Shown here: one piece after another, positions 46,571 through 61,502 of the stretch
Position numbering within the stretch: position 1 is the stretch's first letter
Layout of the letters: each line of letters opens with the position of its first letter
Source of the DNA: the human T2T-CHM13v2.0 reference genome, Homo sapiens
NCBI RefSeq assembly: GCF_009914755.1
Contig: NC_060927.1
Direction: 5' to 3' (one strand)
Length of the DNA: 64,000 nucleotides
Notes under the pieces: model-generated
Told to the model about the DNA's origin: nothing
The model's input: only the letters and a program-made list of their open reading frames with translations
Database searches by the model: none
Position numbers and translations under genes: made by a program

Positions 46571-48927
46571 TCTCTGTGCAATATATGGGCCTAGGGAAGC
46601 TGTTAACACAATGTAGTCTCCAATGTATGCCACTATTTAGAACACTTAATAACTTCTTTTTAAAATTTCACATTAACCTCTTTTTTAAATTTCACATATC
46701 TTGCTTAGATATGCCAAAGTTTCCCCTTGATGCCTGCTCAAATCTTGAAAATTGAGTCATTTATAACAAACAGCATGAGTCAGAACAGTGGCATCTAGGT
46801 TGCTCAGAGTTACAATACCAGATGCTGAACTGTAATAACTTATCTTTAGCCTCAGCATTACTGAGAGACCTCATATTACAATGGAGCCAAACTCTCCTCT
46901 AAATGGTCTTGGATGAATCTAGCAAGAGCTTTTCAACTCATATCTTCAGACACAAAGACAGCCTTAGGAGCTGTTTTACTCATGCCCAAATAGAGGAAGG
47001 AAGAGAAAGAAAGAGGAAGACAAAGGAAGGTGGGAGGGGGGAAGATGTGGCTTTTAAAATATGAAATATGCATATATTTCCTATGTATATATGGGCTTCT
47101 TGTTTAATAAGTCAAATTAGACTCTGCTAAACTAATTCGACTTTTTCTGAGATCATCATTTTTATTATGGTACTAGTAAGAATCTTAAAATCTCATCTCT
47201 TTCTACAATTGATTACAAACACAGTGTACAGAACTTGTCAAGCCTTTTGGAGATCTGCTCTTGATTAATGACCTGATAGAATCTCTGGATGTAAAGATGA
47301 GGGTGTTATATTTTCATTCAATTTAGTCACAGCTTAAATAATTTTTGTTGTTAGCAATGCTTATGTTTCTAAAGCAAGATCTTGTGCCTCTCTTATTGTG
47401 TGTGGAAAGATTAGACTCAAATTCAGAGGACATTTTGTTGGCCTTAATATAAGGAATTGGGAAACATCAGATATGAATATTCACCTGGAGACACAGAATA
47501 TTCTGTAAGCATGGTCTTTTTCTTTCCATTTTATAATAAAAATCAAACTGAAGAAATTCCTGGGCTTTTCCCTTTGACAGTCAACTTTCAAAGGTCTCTT
47601 AGTAAAATGTATTTCAGAAACAAATTCAGTGAAGTCAATTTTTGAACTTTCTTCCCACATTTGTGCTAACGAACAAGAAACAATCACAGCAATGAATTAA
47701 TTACTCTAATAACATCTCTCATAATCACATTCTTTCAAGAACAAGGGTCTTTTTCCTTCTGGTATTGAAGAACAGCCAATCAAAATCCAGATATAATTAT
47801 TCTAAAAACTCCTTGCTCTCCCTTTTAATATAATCATTTTAAATATCTAGGGAGAAAAACTAAGGAGACACAATCAGAGGAGGAATTAATTACTTGATTA
47901 ACTTTGCTTTTACTTGGTTTCATTTATTCACAGTTCTGGAAGGGGCCCTCCAGAGGTCATTTTTCCATGTATCTGCCACCTGTCAGGGATGCTTCAAAAC
48001 CATGCAGACAGATGGATAGCTTCCTAATGTTTTTGCTCCCTCATTTAGGGTTTAGTTTTTTTCTTTTCTTTTTTTTTTCCTTTCTTTCTTTCATTATTCC
48101 TTTTCCCGTGCCTTCTGGTCTGTAATTGCCTAGAAGAATTACACACACAAACACGCACACACACATTCAGGATTTCTCCAATTCCTTAAAGATAATACAC
48201 TTTGTCTAAAACATACTTCATTAAATCTAGAACTTGTTTTTGGAAAAGTTATATATCTTCAAATATCCATTTACATTTTGAAGAGGTGAGCTTAAGTACT
48301 ACAAGATGGATAATGATAGGATTCTGGAAACACTCCAGAGAGTAGAAAAAGGGGGAAAAAAGACATGTTGAGAATGATGCCTCATTTCTACTACTGGCCG
48401 TAAATTACATTTTGAACAACGACACTTATTATTATGTTTTTCTTTTTAGTTCGCTACATGTTTATAACATTTTAAACATTCCCTTTAAACATTTTAAAGA
48501 AATAAAAGTAAATTGTTGTTCAAAATAAAGGTAGTCATTTTTGTTTGTTTTGTTTTGTTATCTAGTGCAGTAAGTAACATTCTTTTGAAGAAAATTGCAG
48601 GATCAGTGAAAGAGGTTCTGTTTTTAGAAATATTTTGGGGAAAACTTCTCTTAACCTTGTCCCATAAAATGAATGACCATTGCAAACTAGCTCTATATCC
48701 ATTTTCTTATATTTTCTAGGAGTCCATATTTTTATGAGTTAAAAACTGAGCAGATGTAAGTGGCAACCATTGGGTCAACATGTAGGGCCATGATTCTGAT
48801 TTTGCAGTGTTTTGAGGCAGAGAACACGTAATAATTACCTGTCCAGTAATGCTATGTGGTCAGGAGCTTCTGTGGAACTAAATTCAAAGGATTATATATT
48901 ATAGATGTCAATCTGGATACATGTTCA

Positions 48928-49250
<323 letters not shown>

Positions 49251-49500
49251 GAAAAAAATGTGTAATGATCTCAGACATTGCCTTTATGTATCTTTTGCTC
49301 TTGTGTGTAGTTATCCTGGTGGATTAGTTATCAATACTAAAGTATCTTCGGAACTGCTTTTATTATGTTTGTTTCTCCATCTGACCTCTTCAAGAAGGAT
49401 GTTCACATATTTGTACAGGTAACAAAACTAAAGTTGTATTCTGTCTTATTGTTTAAGGGGATTTGAAATCAGACCTGCCCCTAGGATACTGAAAACAGAT

Positions 49501-50466
49501 ATGTCAGCTTTTGCTATGAGGAGACAAAACACCACATAGTGGCTTAAAACAACCACCATTTTCTTTAGCTCAGCTTTGAGGGTTGGCTGAGTTACCCTTC
49601 TCATATATTTGTGGTCATTTGGTAGGTTGGCTTGTGGCTGGATGTTCTATCTAGAACAGCCTTATTTGCAAGTCTAATAGTTAGAATTCTGGTTTATTTA
49701 TGTGGGCCTTAGCATGGATTGCTTCTCTCTCTTCCACAAGGTCTCCAATCTTCAAGCAGCCTAGCTCAAGCTTTTCTACTTCATATATATTGGGTTGAAT
49801 AATATCCCCCACCCAAATTCTTGTCCACCCAGAAACTCAGTACATTGCAAATGCAATTAGTTAAAATAAGGTCATACTGCATTAGGACAGGCCATAACAT
49901 CAATGACCAACATCCTTAAAAGAAAAGGAGAGGACAGACAGAGACAAATGGAAAGAAGAAGAGAATGAGAAGGTGGAGGTGGAGATTGGAGTGATGCAGC
50001 TACAGGGCAAAGAAAACCAAGAACTGCTGGGAGCCACCAGAAGCTAGGACAAAGCACAAAACAGATTTCCCTTCATAACACCTCAGAAGGAACTAACTTT
50101 GCTGATACTGTGATTTCAGATGTCCAGCCCCCAGAAGTGTGAAAGGATAAAAAAGTGTGGGTTGTTTTCATCAACTCAGTTCACGGCACTGAGTTATAGC
50201 AGCCCCAGGAAGCTAATACGTGGTGTTTTCAAGGTTTCAAAGAAAAAAAAATGAGAACAAGCCCAAGGTAAAAGAACTCATCAAGTTTTTGTTTGAGGCA
50301 TGTTTCCTGATATTCCATAGCCCAAAGAAAGTCTCATGGTCAACCAAGTCAAAGAATGAACAATACAGTCTTCACCCCTTAATAGGAAGAGCTGTAAGCC
50401 ATATTGAAAAGGGGCGTGGACACATAGGAGGAGAACATGTGACTCTTTTTGTTGCCGTCCACCTCT
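49501..50466 (-). mobile_element. MLT1H-like LTR split by a younger MLT1
   Basis: agtggcttaaaacaaccaccatt…ttagctca before the insert. It resumes at 50221 (caagcccaagg…ccaaagaaagtctcatggtcaacc). Confidence 0.65.
49786..50220 (+). mobile_element. MLT1B/C-like LTR
   Basis: gggttgaataatatccccc…gagattggagtgatgcagctaca…gcagccccaggaagctaatac. Confidence 0.85.
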
Positions 50467-51029
50467 GCACCTTTAACATGTAGTCCCTATCCTATGATCC
50501 ATGGGTAGCATATCCTAATATAAGGTTTAGGTATGTTTCTCTGGTGTATGTTCTTTCAAAAATGTCATAAAATACATTATTAGATCAACTGATGAAAAAA
50601 AAAATCTGGTTGAATTGACTTTTGAGGCTCTTGAATTCACAGACCAGAAATACAGCTTGGTGCCAGGTAAAGAACTGAAATTTAGATTCCAGTTGGACTC
50701 TTTGTTGTGTGAATGATTACACCCAGAAATTTTCATAATTACTCTTTTAATGTAGAGACCTCTTAGAAGGTAGATTAGACCAAGAAAAGTTTCCTAAAGT
50801 CATATTTTTCTGGTATTTTGTTCTGGTATTTTATTTCTTCCTAAATAACTACTAGTTTCATGAAAAGGCATACGTAGTAAATGACAGGGCATCTTTGTTA
50901 CTGCCAACTTCTTTTGGTGCACTGGTTCATTAAGAAAAAGTTAATTCTGTAGAATTTCTTATATACGCTTGTTCTAATGGTCTACTCCTCACTGAAGCTT
51001 AAACATCAAAGGATTTTGTTCTTCGGAAA

Positions 51030-51390
51030 ACCCTATAAAAGACATGAATAGACAAACTACAAAATGAGAATGTAAATCATTATTAGACAAACATACTGTA
51101 TCAATGTAAATTTATGAATGTGTCAATTGTACTGATGGTATGTAAGAAAACATTCCTATTCTTAGGAAATACTCATTGAAATATTAGGGGTAAAGAGTCA
51201 TTATATATACAATGTATATTTTGTTCAACTATTTCAAATGTTTCAGAAAAATAATGAAGTAAACACATATACAGGATATGGGGTAAAATATTAACAATAG
51301 GTAAATATGAGCAAAAGGAAGGCAGGTGTTCTTTATACTATTTTTATTTTTGCAGAATGTATAACTAAGATTATTTCAAAATGTAAAAAT
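51030..51390 (+). mobile_element. L1MC-type 3'UTR fragment
   Basis: ctgtatcaatgtaaattt…ttcttaggaaatactcattgaaatattaggggtaaag. Confidence 0.65.
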
Positions 51391-52959
51391 TATCATTAAA
51401 TATGTTTTCCTTTTTTAACAAAATCAAATGACAACCAAGTTATATCCATTTTAATTTCTTCATTTTTCCTCTCTGACATTACACAGTTGCTGTTTTGTTC
51501 CTGGGAAGGAGATGACGTTGCCTTCTGTGGAAAGGTTTTTATCAGGTCAGCTCCACTTTGGAAAGGTCAAGTTCTTATGCGTATTTTACTTGTGCGGAGG
51601 GTCTAAGTAGGCAGACAATCTGTCTGTTAGGCTACAGCAGATGTCCTAGCTATTAAGATTATCTACTACACAGTGCCCACACTCTCTCAAAGGCAGGCTA
51701 ATGGGTGAGGAAAGCAGGTAAGTGAAATGTCAAGGAAAATGGCAGTCAAGGCTGCGAATCATATTCTAGTCTGCTTTGTAAACAGGGAGATGGATAGAAA
51801 GTAGAAGCATTATGTTCAGTGGCTCTCACTTAAACATGAAAAATAACTTCTGCTTTATTAATAAATGACATTAGATATATTCATACATCCCTTTTATCAC
51901 AGCCAGCACAGTAATGCAGCCACAAGCTCAATGATGAATAAGAAAAACTGTCGATGTCTTAAGTACCTTTTATTCAGTTTGTCAAGGAGGCTCAACATGG
52001 TGGGGTTTAAAAATGAAATGGCTTTTTTTTTCGATCACTGCTTTGTAGAATATATGTTGCTGTCCATTAATAAATCATGTGATTTCCACAGCTTTCCATT
52101 TACTCACAGTTATTACAATTTGGACCATGTTAAAGCTTAAAAATCTAAATTGCTCACTAGTAATTATTAAAATTTGGTAAACTCGAAAGCTTCAAATCAA
52201 ACTCAATTCAAAACTCATTTCCTCAGCATACTCTACATTGCTTCCCCATCCCCCATGCCCACTTCCACCGACACTGCCACCAATGCAAACCTGAGATGAC
52301 AGGCTTACTGTGGAGTGACAGAGGCTTGGAAACCCATCCACCTTTTGCAATCCAGCTCTTCTGGAGAGCTGCACCTGGGTAGAGGGGAGGTATAAGTGAA
52401 ATTTCTCCTTACTTTACTAGGTAAGGTTTTAATGTTTTTGTAGGCCATCTCTGTTGCTTTTGCAACACTGACTGACCTTTGTTGTCCTCCAAATGGCAGA
52501 CCTGTAAGGCCTGCTTCTCTCATGGGATGTGTGCTTAAGTTACTACATTGTGTGGTTCCCCCACTCCATCTTTCCCTGATCCTATGTTTGGAGACCTAAA
52601 TGGGGCCAGGTGCCTCAAGCTTCACCACCATTTGACCCATGGCAGACTCTCATATACTTCCCAAACTGCCCACTGCTTGTGTCAGTTTACTCTAATTCTC
52701 TTCTTATCCCCTCTGATAGACCCAGCAGTAGATTTATGTGTCTCTTGCCCAAGCAAGTGTCCAACTAAGCAGTGGAAAGCTAACCCTCTCCCCATCTTGA
52801 AACAACCTCTAGCTACTTTGAGTCTCCTTTCATTTTGTTTCAGAAGGGAGGAAAGCCTACTCTTTCCATCAACAAACCTTGAAAGATTTAAAATCCAAAT
52901 CAAATATAACATGGTCATTTTCATTGGATTTCAGATACAACATAATTTTATTCTTCTGT

Positions 52960-53370
52960 ACTCAGTCCAAAAGGGTCCTGAAAATTCCTCATGGGGATCC
53001 TAGAATTCTGCATTATCAGGCTATATAAAAAGGCACCTCACCACCCACTCCCATTCCTACCAGGGCGATGTCAAAGTAGGGATGAGTAGGGAGCTAAAAC
53101 GTTCATTCTTGGTGAGCAATAGTAAATATGCCCCTGACTCTCCCACCCTCTTCATTTTTCCTCCCACAGCACTGCCATGTCAGAGGAGATGTCTGTCTCC
53201 ACTGGGTGGTGACAAGTATTGAATTCTCCATTCCTTTCACCAATGGGTTAATGCCAAAGGAGTCCTAGTGGAGAGTTAGGACTTTCTCAGCCATTATGTG
53301 GTAACTGGGATATCCACCCCATAGTGTCACCTCCTGCTCTCATGTGGGGACCCAGACCTTCCAACCCTAA
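52960..53370 (+). mobile_element. Old L1M 5'UTR-like fragment
   Basis: Repeated tgtcagaggag/ggagtcctagtggagagttaggactttc…gtggtaac units resemble L1M4/L1MC-type 5' ends. Confidence 0.5.
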
Positions 53371-53374
53371 TAGG

Positions 53375-54155
<781 letters not shown>

Positions 54156-54159
54156 AATT

Positions 54160-56225
54160 ACATTAAATGATCTAATATACTAATCAGAAGGAGATTGGAA
54201 GAATGTATTTAAAAATCATGATAAACATGATCTAACAAAATGACTACAAGAAACTCACTTAAAATAAAACAATATAGGTAAGTTTAAAGTAAAATAATGT
54301 ACAAAGGTGCACCATTCAAACATTAAGCCAGAGAAAGCAACAGTGACCATCATATTATCAGATAAAGTAAAATCAACACACACAATATTAATAAAGGCAG
54401 AGCGAGTATTACATAAGAAACATCAATCCCCAAATATTTCACAGAAATCCTAAAAGAATATATACCAAAAAAGGGCCACAATTATTTGCATAAAAATGAT
54501 AGAATTAAGAAAACAAAAAGGCAAATAAACAATCATAGGAGACTTCAACATCCATGTCTCAACAATTAATAGAAAAACTAGACTTGAGTTTAGCAAGAAT
54601 GTAGAAGAACTCAACAACATCATTAATCAATAAGATCTGATTGACATATATAGAACATTTCATTTCAAATCAGCATAGTACACTTTTCATTAGTGCATAC
54701 AGTGTACATGTAGCATGACACACCATATGCTGGGCTGTAAAAAATAAACCCTCAACATATTTAAAAGAATTAAAACATCTGAGAACAATGGAATCTGGAA
54801 CTCAGTAACAGAAGTATATGAGGGAAATCTCCAAATGCTTGGAAACCAAATGACACACTTAATAATAAACAACATAATTAAGTAATCCATGAATCAAAGA
54901 GAAAGTTTCAGGGAAGAATCACATAGTACATTGAAGTGAATAAAACTACAAACTTATTAAAATATGTGGACCACAGCTCAGAAGGAAATTTATAGCACTA
55001 AATTCTCACATTAGAAGAGAATCAATATCTCAAATCAATAATTTAAGCTCCCACCTCAGTAAACTAAAAGAGGAGCAAAATAAAACCAAAGAATGCTTAA
55101 ATAAGTAAATTAAAAATGTAAGATCAGAAATCAATGAGACAAACAACTGGTTCTATTAAAAAGACCAAAAAAAATTGAAACTGACCAAAAGAAAAGAGAG
55201 AAAGATAAGAGACACAAATTACTAATATCAGGAATGATCTGGAAGATACCATTACAGACACTGCAGTCATGATAAGGGTTATAAGGCACTATTACAACTA
55301 ATTCTATACACACAAGTTTGACAACTTAGATAAATTGGACCTAATCTTCAAAAGCACATACTACCACCACTTATTTAAAATAGGTAAGTTGAATAGCCCT
55401 AAAATATTAAGAAAATTGAATTTGCAATGTAAACTCTCATAAAAAAGAAATCTCTAAGTCTGGATTGTTTCATTGGAGACTTCATCAAGTATTTAAAAAG
55501 TTAATGTCAGCACTACACAATCTCTTCTGGGAAACAGAAGAGAAGGAAAGACTTCCCAAATCATTTTATGATTTATCATTAATTTATTGTACTGACACCA
55601 AAACCAGACAGAGAAAATACAAACAAAACAAAACAACAAAATACAGTCTTTCTCATAAATACAAAAATTCTTAAGAAAATGTTAAGAAATATGTTTTAGC
55701 AATATATATGAAAGAATTATACACCATGACCAAGTGAGACTTAATAAATGTCTCCGAATAGTAGGAACAGACAGGAGCTTTCTCAACTCAATAAAGAACA
55801 TGTACTGATGAACTATAGCTAATATTCTAAGGGTAAAAGACTGAATATTTCCCTCCAAAGATTACGAACAAAGAAAGAATGTCCACTTTCATCACTGCTG
55901 TTCGACATCATACTGGACGTCCTAGATGGAGCAATAAAACAAGAAAAGGAAAAAAGGAATATAGACCAGAAAGGAAAAAAAAGTTATATTTGCAGATGAT
56001 ATGAAAGTCTTCATAGAAAATCTCAAATAATCTCAAACAACCCTTCTAAAACTAATAATTGAACTCAGCAAGTTTGCACTACATAAGAACAATGTTCAAA
56101 ATCAGTGGTATTTCTATATGCTTGCAATGAATGCATGGAAACTGAAATAACCATTTACAATAGCTCAAATAATGAAATATTTAGGTGTAAATCTACAAAA
56201 ATATATAAAGGACTTGGATTTTGAA
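54160..56225 (+). mobile_element. Old L1M ORF2 (endonuclease to RT), decayed
   Basis: ctacaagaaactcactt; ggagacttcaacatcc; atttgcagatgatatg (FADDM); aaatatttaggtgtaaatcta. Confidence 0.85.
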
Positions 56226-56949
56226 AATTAGCACTATATTATTAGACATAAATTGTATTTAGTTGTCCACATGTCTGTCCTTCACCGATTACCGTTCCTT
56301 AGCAGAAGCCATTTAAACATCTTTGTGTGGCAGTACTCATCATTCTTATTGTTGAAATGTTACAAATGTTTTGCAAAGAGACAAAGAAGTTGAAATAAAT
56401 AGTGACAGGCATGTATTTAGAAGTTTGGAATGTAGAATTTAGTTTGGTAGTTAAACACCTTCTAATCACGAAGGAAACCGATTTTGACAGTAGATGCTAA
56501 CACTGTCGTCCAACTCCTGTGTCATTGTGAAGGCTGGAATTCATCGTGATTGGAATCTCCAAATTGCCTTATAGCTTTCTCTATGACACTTCTACATTCT
56601 CTGCTAAACAGTCTTGAACTTTAGCTCTGCAAAAAGGAGTGGTATTGGGGGACTAATGTAAGAAGGTAAGAAAAAAAAAGTTTGGATATGTAGGAAGCTT
56701 GTGGGAGGGAAGGTAGTTGTTCAGATACAGAGCTGTGTCTCCTGACTCACTATTTGCCTTTTTACGAAAGGAGCTACCTCCTCATCCTAAGAACAAAGAG
56801 CAGTTGGCTAATTAGTGTCCTTAAATTCCCTCAAGGAAAGTTATTTCGATAGCTGTGACCTTTGTTTCAGTTGAAATTTTTGATCTCTTTCTCCTGTGAC
56901 TTCAATTTTTGCTTTCAGTTATGATAACTTATATAATTTCACATTTTTA

Positions 56950-57070
56950 ATTATACAGTTCTTAAAGGCAGAAGTGTGGCATTATACACCTCTATAGCCT
57001 TCACAGCACCACACAGCCACAGGCTTTCCTCATAGTAGGGGTCCAAAAATATTGGAGAAAAGAAATAATA
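56950..57070 (+). mobile_element. L2 3' end
   Basis: agttcttaaaggcaga…cacagcacc…catagtagggg…aatattgg. Confidence 0.5.
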
Positions 57071-57430
57071 AGTGTTTATTTATATTATTGCCTAGCAAAG
57101 CACTGTGTTACATTCTGGGATCACACCAGTGAATAAAGCAGGCATTTAAGTGTCAGAAGGCACACATCAAAACAATAATCACATATGCTAATGTAAACTC
57201 ATAAAATGTTATAAATGGCATTAAGGGAGATAAATGATAAGTATAATATGGCTAGAGTTGGAGTGAGGATTATGGCCAGATTTAGAATAGGCATCTATGA
57301 AATGATATTTAAAATAGAATCTGGTCTGAGAACTTAGCCAGGTATAAGCCAAAGAAAAGAGCATTCTAGCAAGAAGGAACAACTTTAGTGAAAAGTAGAC
57401 AGGAGCTTGAGGAACTGAAATAAACTAACA
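57071..57430 (-). mobile_element. L2 3' region
   Basis: gcaaagcactgtgttacattctggg…gtgaataaagca…gagcattctagcaagaaggaaca. Confidence 0.6.
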
Positions 57431-59042
57431 GAACTAAATTGGGAGTTTAATTTCTCTCTCTCACCTTAATCCTCCATTATTCCTCTATATAAGAAATGAG
57501 AAGGTGCTCATCCCCCAAGGAAATTAAGTAGTTCATCAGGAAGCAGCACCAGTGCAAAATATTAACATGTATCCCCTTGATTATCTAAAGAAATATTTCT
57601 CTCTGTTAAAAAAGAAGTCTTATTATTCCACAAAATTGGGGGAACTTAAATAAATATTGAGGTGACTTTGATGTAAAAATGGTTGAAATGTCTTTCTTAT
57701 TCTAATTGTATTGTTGTCTTCAGAAGATAATCACTGACCATTACTGCCCTTAGCTGCAGCCTACACATTCTTTCATATGTTGTGAGGTTCATTTTTCTCA
57801 TTTGGCAATTTTAAATCAAATGAATTCGAACACTTTTTAGTTTTCTGAGGTAGAAATATAGTTAACAAACTGCTCATATCAAATTTGTAGAAGACTAAAA
57901 TATATATGTAAAGAGATTTGTTGTGACTGAATTGTATATGATTTAAAATTAGTTATGAATGGATTTAAAATAAATTGATTTTTTCACATCCTTGATATTG
58001 TCAAAATCTATTCTTTTTTTAAGCGACATTTTAAAAGGCTTTATCATTAAGAGAAATAACTAGTGAGACCCTAATCAACCTTAACACATACATAATAGCC
58101 ATCCCTGCTATTATTATCAGCCATCAATGTTCCAAATAATTTGAAAACATAGAGAAGACACAGTTTTCTCACAGTGGGAGTCAAGCCAAGTAGAATAAAT
58201 ACCAGGTGAAAATTCTAGAGAATTTTAGGAGAGGTAATTTGTACATTCTTTCATTTCTTTTTGGTTTCTTTTTCAACTTGGGAAATTATCTAGACTAGCC
58301 TTTTGTATCTGCTTTTATAATAATTCTCAAATAAGGCCCATAGCTTAGTATCCTCATAGAAACAGCAGCTTCTATTAACCATCTGTTGTTCCTTTAATTA
58401 TGGTTTCTGTGATAATTGTGAAAGAATAGAGATGAAAATTTGATAAATTGGGGAGCATTAGACCAGAAGCATTCATGTTTATTAGTCTGAAAAAAGCACT
58501 TCTATTAGACAACTTTCTATTCCACATTCAAAAATTCATCAGAAATTATATAAAAGAAAAATTGACCTGCCTTTGACACTGGGTCTTAATGTATGATTGT
58601 GATCAATATTTCTTAGATTTGGACTATGTTGAAGGAACCTCACACAAGCAGAATATGGTAAGTAGATGAGAGTTTTCTAAATAATAATTATAACTATTTG
58701 GGCCTCATAGTTAATTTCTACCATGCTCCGTGAAAAAGATATGCCGATGAATTTTCCCTCCTTGCTACAGTCAGAAGAAATTGAATTAGAGATAAGCCAG
58801 ATAAATGTTTTTTTTTTCCAGAAAATCCCTGATGCCACCATAAACTTTCCATGTTTTCCTGGAAGTTTTAGAAAAGTACAACTGAACCCACACTTTAAAG
58901 ATACCCCATTTCACTTGGCAAAAATAGAAAAAATTACTACCATTGTAATCAGGCCTCCTCAACACTCTCAGGCTGTGAATAAATCAGTCATGGATTTTGA
59001 GTTTCATTTCACATTTTCTTCTTCAAAAACAACTGTTTAGGC

Positions 59043-59180
59043 AATATATTATGGTGAAAAGATAATTGGATAAAAATATGTAATTCTGTATCCTGCTTGA
59101 AAAATTTAATGACTGTGAGATGCTGGGAAAGTTATTCTTGCTCTTTTAGTCTAGGTTTTCTCAACAATTAAAAACTATCA
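59043..59180 (+). mobile_element. MIR fragment
   Basis: gactgtgagatgctgggaaagttatt…ggttttctcaacaattaaaa. Confidence 0.5.
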
Positions 59181-59999
59181 GTCAAGGCTTCAAAATAATC
59201 TGTGATTTTTCTTTTTACTTCTTTCAAAATTTTATTTTTGTCTTTGGTAGCTGAAGTTTCATTATGATGCGTCTTTTTGTGGTTTTCTTGCTGTTGGATT
59301 TTATTTTGAATTGAATGGCTTTATAAAATCTTGCCTTCATTGTTTTCATATGTTTTAAAAAATTCTTTGCCATTGCTTTTAAAATATCCCTTTGATCACA
59401 TTTATTTCTTTTTTTCTGCTAGAAATCCATTTGGAGGTACCATTGGTTATGTCTCTGTCATCACTGTTTTTTATTCATATTTTTTGTTCCCCTGTATGTC
59501 ATTATATGTACTATTTTTTTCTTTCAATATATAATAGCTTTATTGAAACATAATTTATATATCATATTACTTATCAATTTAAGGTATATAAATCGGTGGT
59601 TTTTAGTATATTCACAAAGTTTTTCAACCACAATTTTTGAATATTTTCATTGCCCCAAAAAGAAACCTCATAATCATTAGTAGTCACACCTCATTTCCTA
59701 TAAATTGACCCCCAGCCATAGATTATTACTAACCTACTATCTGTCTCTATAGATTTTCATATTTTGACATGTAATAAAAATGGAATCATATAATACAAGA
59801 CCCTTTGTGATTACTGTTTTCAGTTAGCGTGTTTTCAAGGTCTATTCATATTGTATCATGTCAGTACTTCATTACTTTTTATTGCCAAATAATATTTATT
59901 ATATGGGTAGAACACATTTATTTATCCATTCATCAGCTGACGGGGCTTTGGATTGTTTCCACGTTTTTGACTATCATAAATAATGCCACTATGAATATT

Positions 60000-60439
60000 T
60001 GTTATGGACTGTCCCTCCAATGTTATTTGTGTTGGACACTATGAATATTTGTTATGGACTGTCCCACAATGTTATTTGTGTCCCTCCAATGCTCATATGT
60101 TGAAGCCCTAACTCATGTTCCTTAGAATGTTTTTCTGTTTGTAGATACGACCATTAAAGAGACAAGTTAAAATGGAGTGCTCAGGGTGGGTCCTAATCAA
60201 ATATGGCTGGCATCCTTATAAGAGGATGTTAGGACACAGATCACATAGAAAGATTAATAATACCATGTGAAGACACCAGAAAAAGAACACTATCTACAAG
60301 CCAAGGAGAGAGACTTCAGAACAAACAACCTGTCTGACACCTTGATTTCTGGCTCCCAGCTTCCTGAAATGTGAGAAAATAAATTTCTATTGTTTAGGCT
60401 ACTTTGTGGTATTTGTTACGGCAGCTCTAGACAAATACA
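60000..60439 (+). mobile_element. MLT1A-like LTR
   Basis: tgttatggactg…tcatatgttgaagcccta…tctacaagccaaggagagag…ggcagctctagacaaataca. TSD ATATT/TTATT. Confidence 0.88.
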
Positions 60440-61142
60440 TTATTCACAAACAAGTTTTTGTGTGGAGGTATGTTTCATTTCCCTTAAGTATATACATAGG
60501 AGTGAAATTCTTGGTCATATGCTAACAGTATGCTTAAGCTTTTGAGCAATGGTCAGACTATTTTCTAACATGCCTGCACAGTTTAAATTGCCATCAGTAG
60601 AATAAGAGGATTCCAAGTTCTCCACATCCTTTTTTTTTTCCCCCTCTCTCTCTCTCGCTTTTTTTTTTTTGGTATAAATGTCTTAGCAAATATGAAGTGT
60701 CATATTGAAGAAGACCACATAACTCAAGATTATGAAGACTTACTTCTATGTTTTCTTCTACAATTTTTATGTTTTTAGCACTTACTTTTAAGTCTATGAT
60801 TCATTGGGGGTTATTTTTTGTGTATAATGTGAGGAAAGAGTATATATTCCTGGTTTTGCACATGGATATCTAGTTCTCTCATCACAGTTTGTTGGAAAGA
60901 CTATTCTTTCCCTCACTGAACTGTCTCCGGCTTTTTGAAAATTAATAGTTATATGAAAATTTATTTCTGGACTCTATTCCATTACTCTTTATGTCTATCC
61001 TTCTGCTAGTATCGAACAGTCTATACTACTGTAGCTTTGTAGTAATTCTGAAATACGGAGTGTGATCCAAATGTTGTCTTTTTTTTTTTTTTTTTTTTTT
61101 TGAGTATACTTTAGTGATTCTAGGTCCCTTGCAGTTCCATAT

Positions 61143-61502
61143 TGTATTAGTTCATTTTCACACTGCTATGAGGAATACCTGAGACTGGGTAATTTGTAAA
61201 GGGAAGAGTTTTAATTAACTCACTGTTCTGCATGGCTAGGGAAGCCTCAGGAAACTTACAATCATGGTGGAAGATGAAGGGGAAGCAAGGCACATCTTAC
61301 ATGGTGGCAGGAGAAAGAGAGAGATGGGGAAGTGCCAGACACTTATCAAACAATCAGATCTCATGAGAACTCACTCACTATCACAAGAACAGCATGGGGG
61401 AAACTGCCCCATCATCAAATCACCTCCCACCAGCTCCCTCCCTCAAGGCCTAGAGATTACAATTCCAGATGAGATTTGAGTGGGGAGAGACAAACAATAT
61501 CA
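61143..61502 (-). mobile_element. MSTA/THE1-family solo LTR
   Basis: tgtattagttcattttcacactgctat…gaaggggaagcaaggcacatcttacatgg…aacaatatca. Confidence 0.9.

Noticed and set aside
46650-46698. ~24-bp imperfect tandem duplication
   Set aside because: Ordinary AT-rich slippage with no further structure.
46992-47045. Polypurine tract (possible H-DNA)
   Set aside because: No clear mirror symmetry. This is common low-complexity sequence.
50173-50195. 8-bp inverted repeat AACTCAGT/ACTGAGTT
   Set aside because: Short enough to be expected by chance in 64 kb, and it lies inside an MLT1 LTR.
52548-53003. 151-aa plus-strand ORF followed by a TATA-like tatataaaaagg at about 53022
   Set aside because: The ORF starts at a TTG, not an ATG, and I recognise no domain. 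The TATA-like motif is downstream of the ORF, within probable L1 5'UTR sequence.
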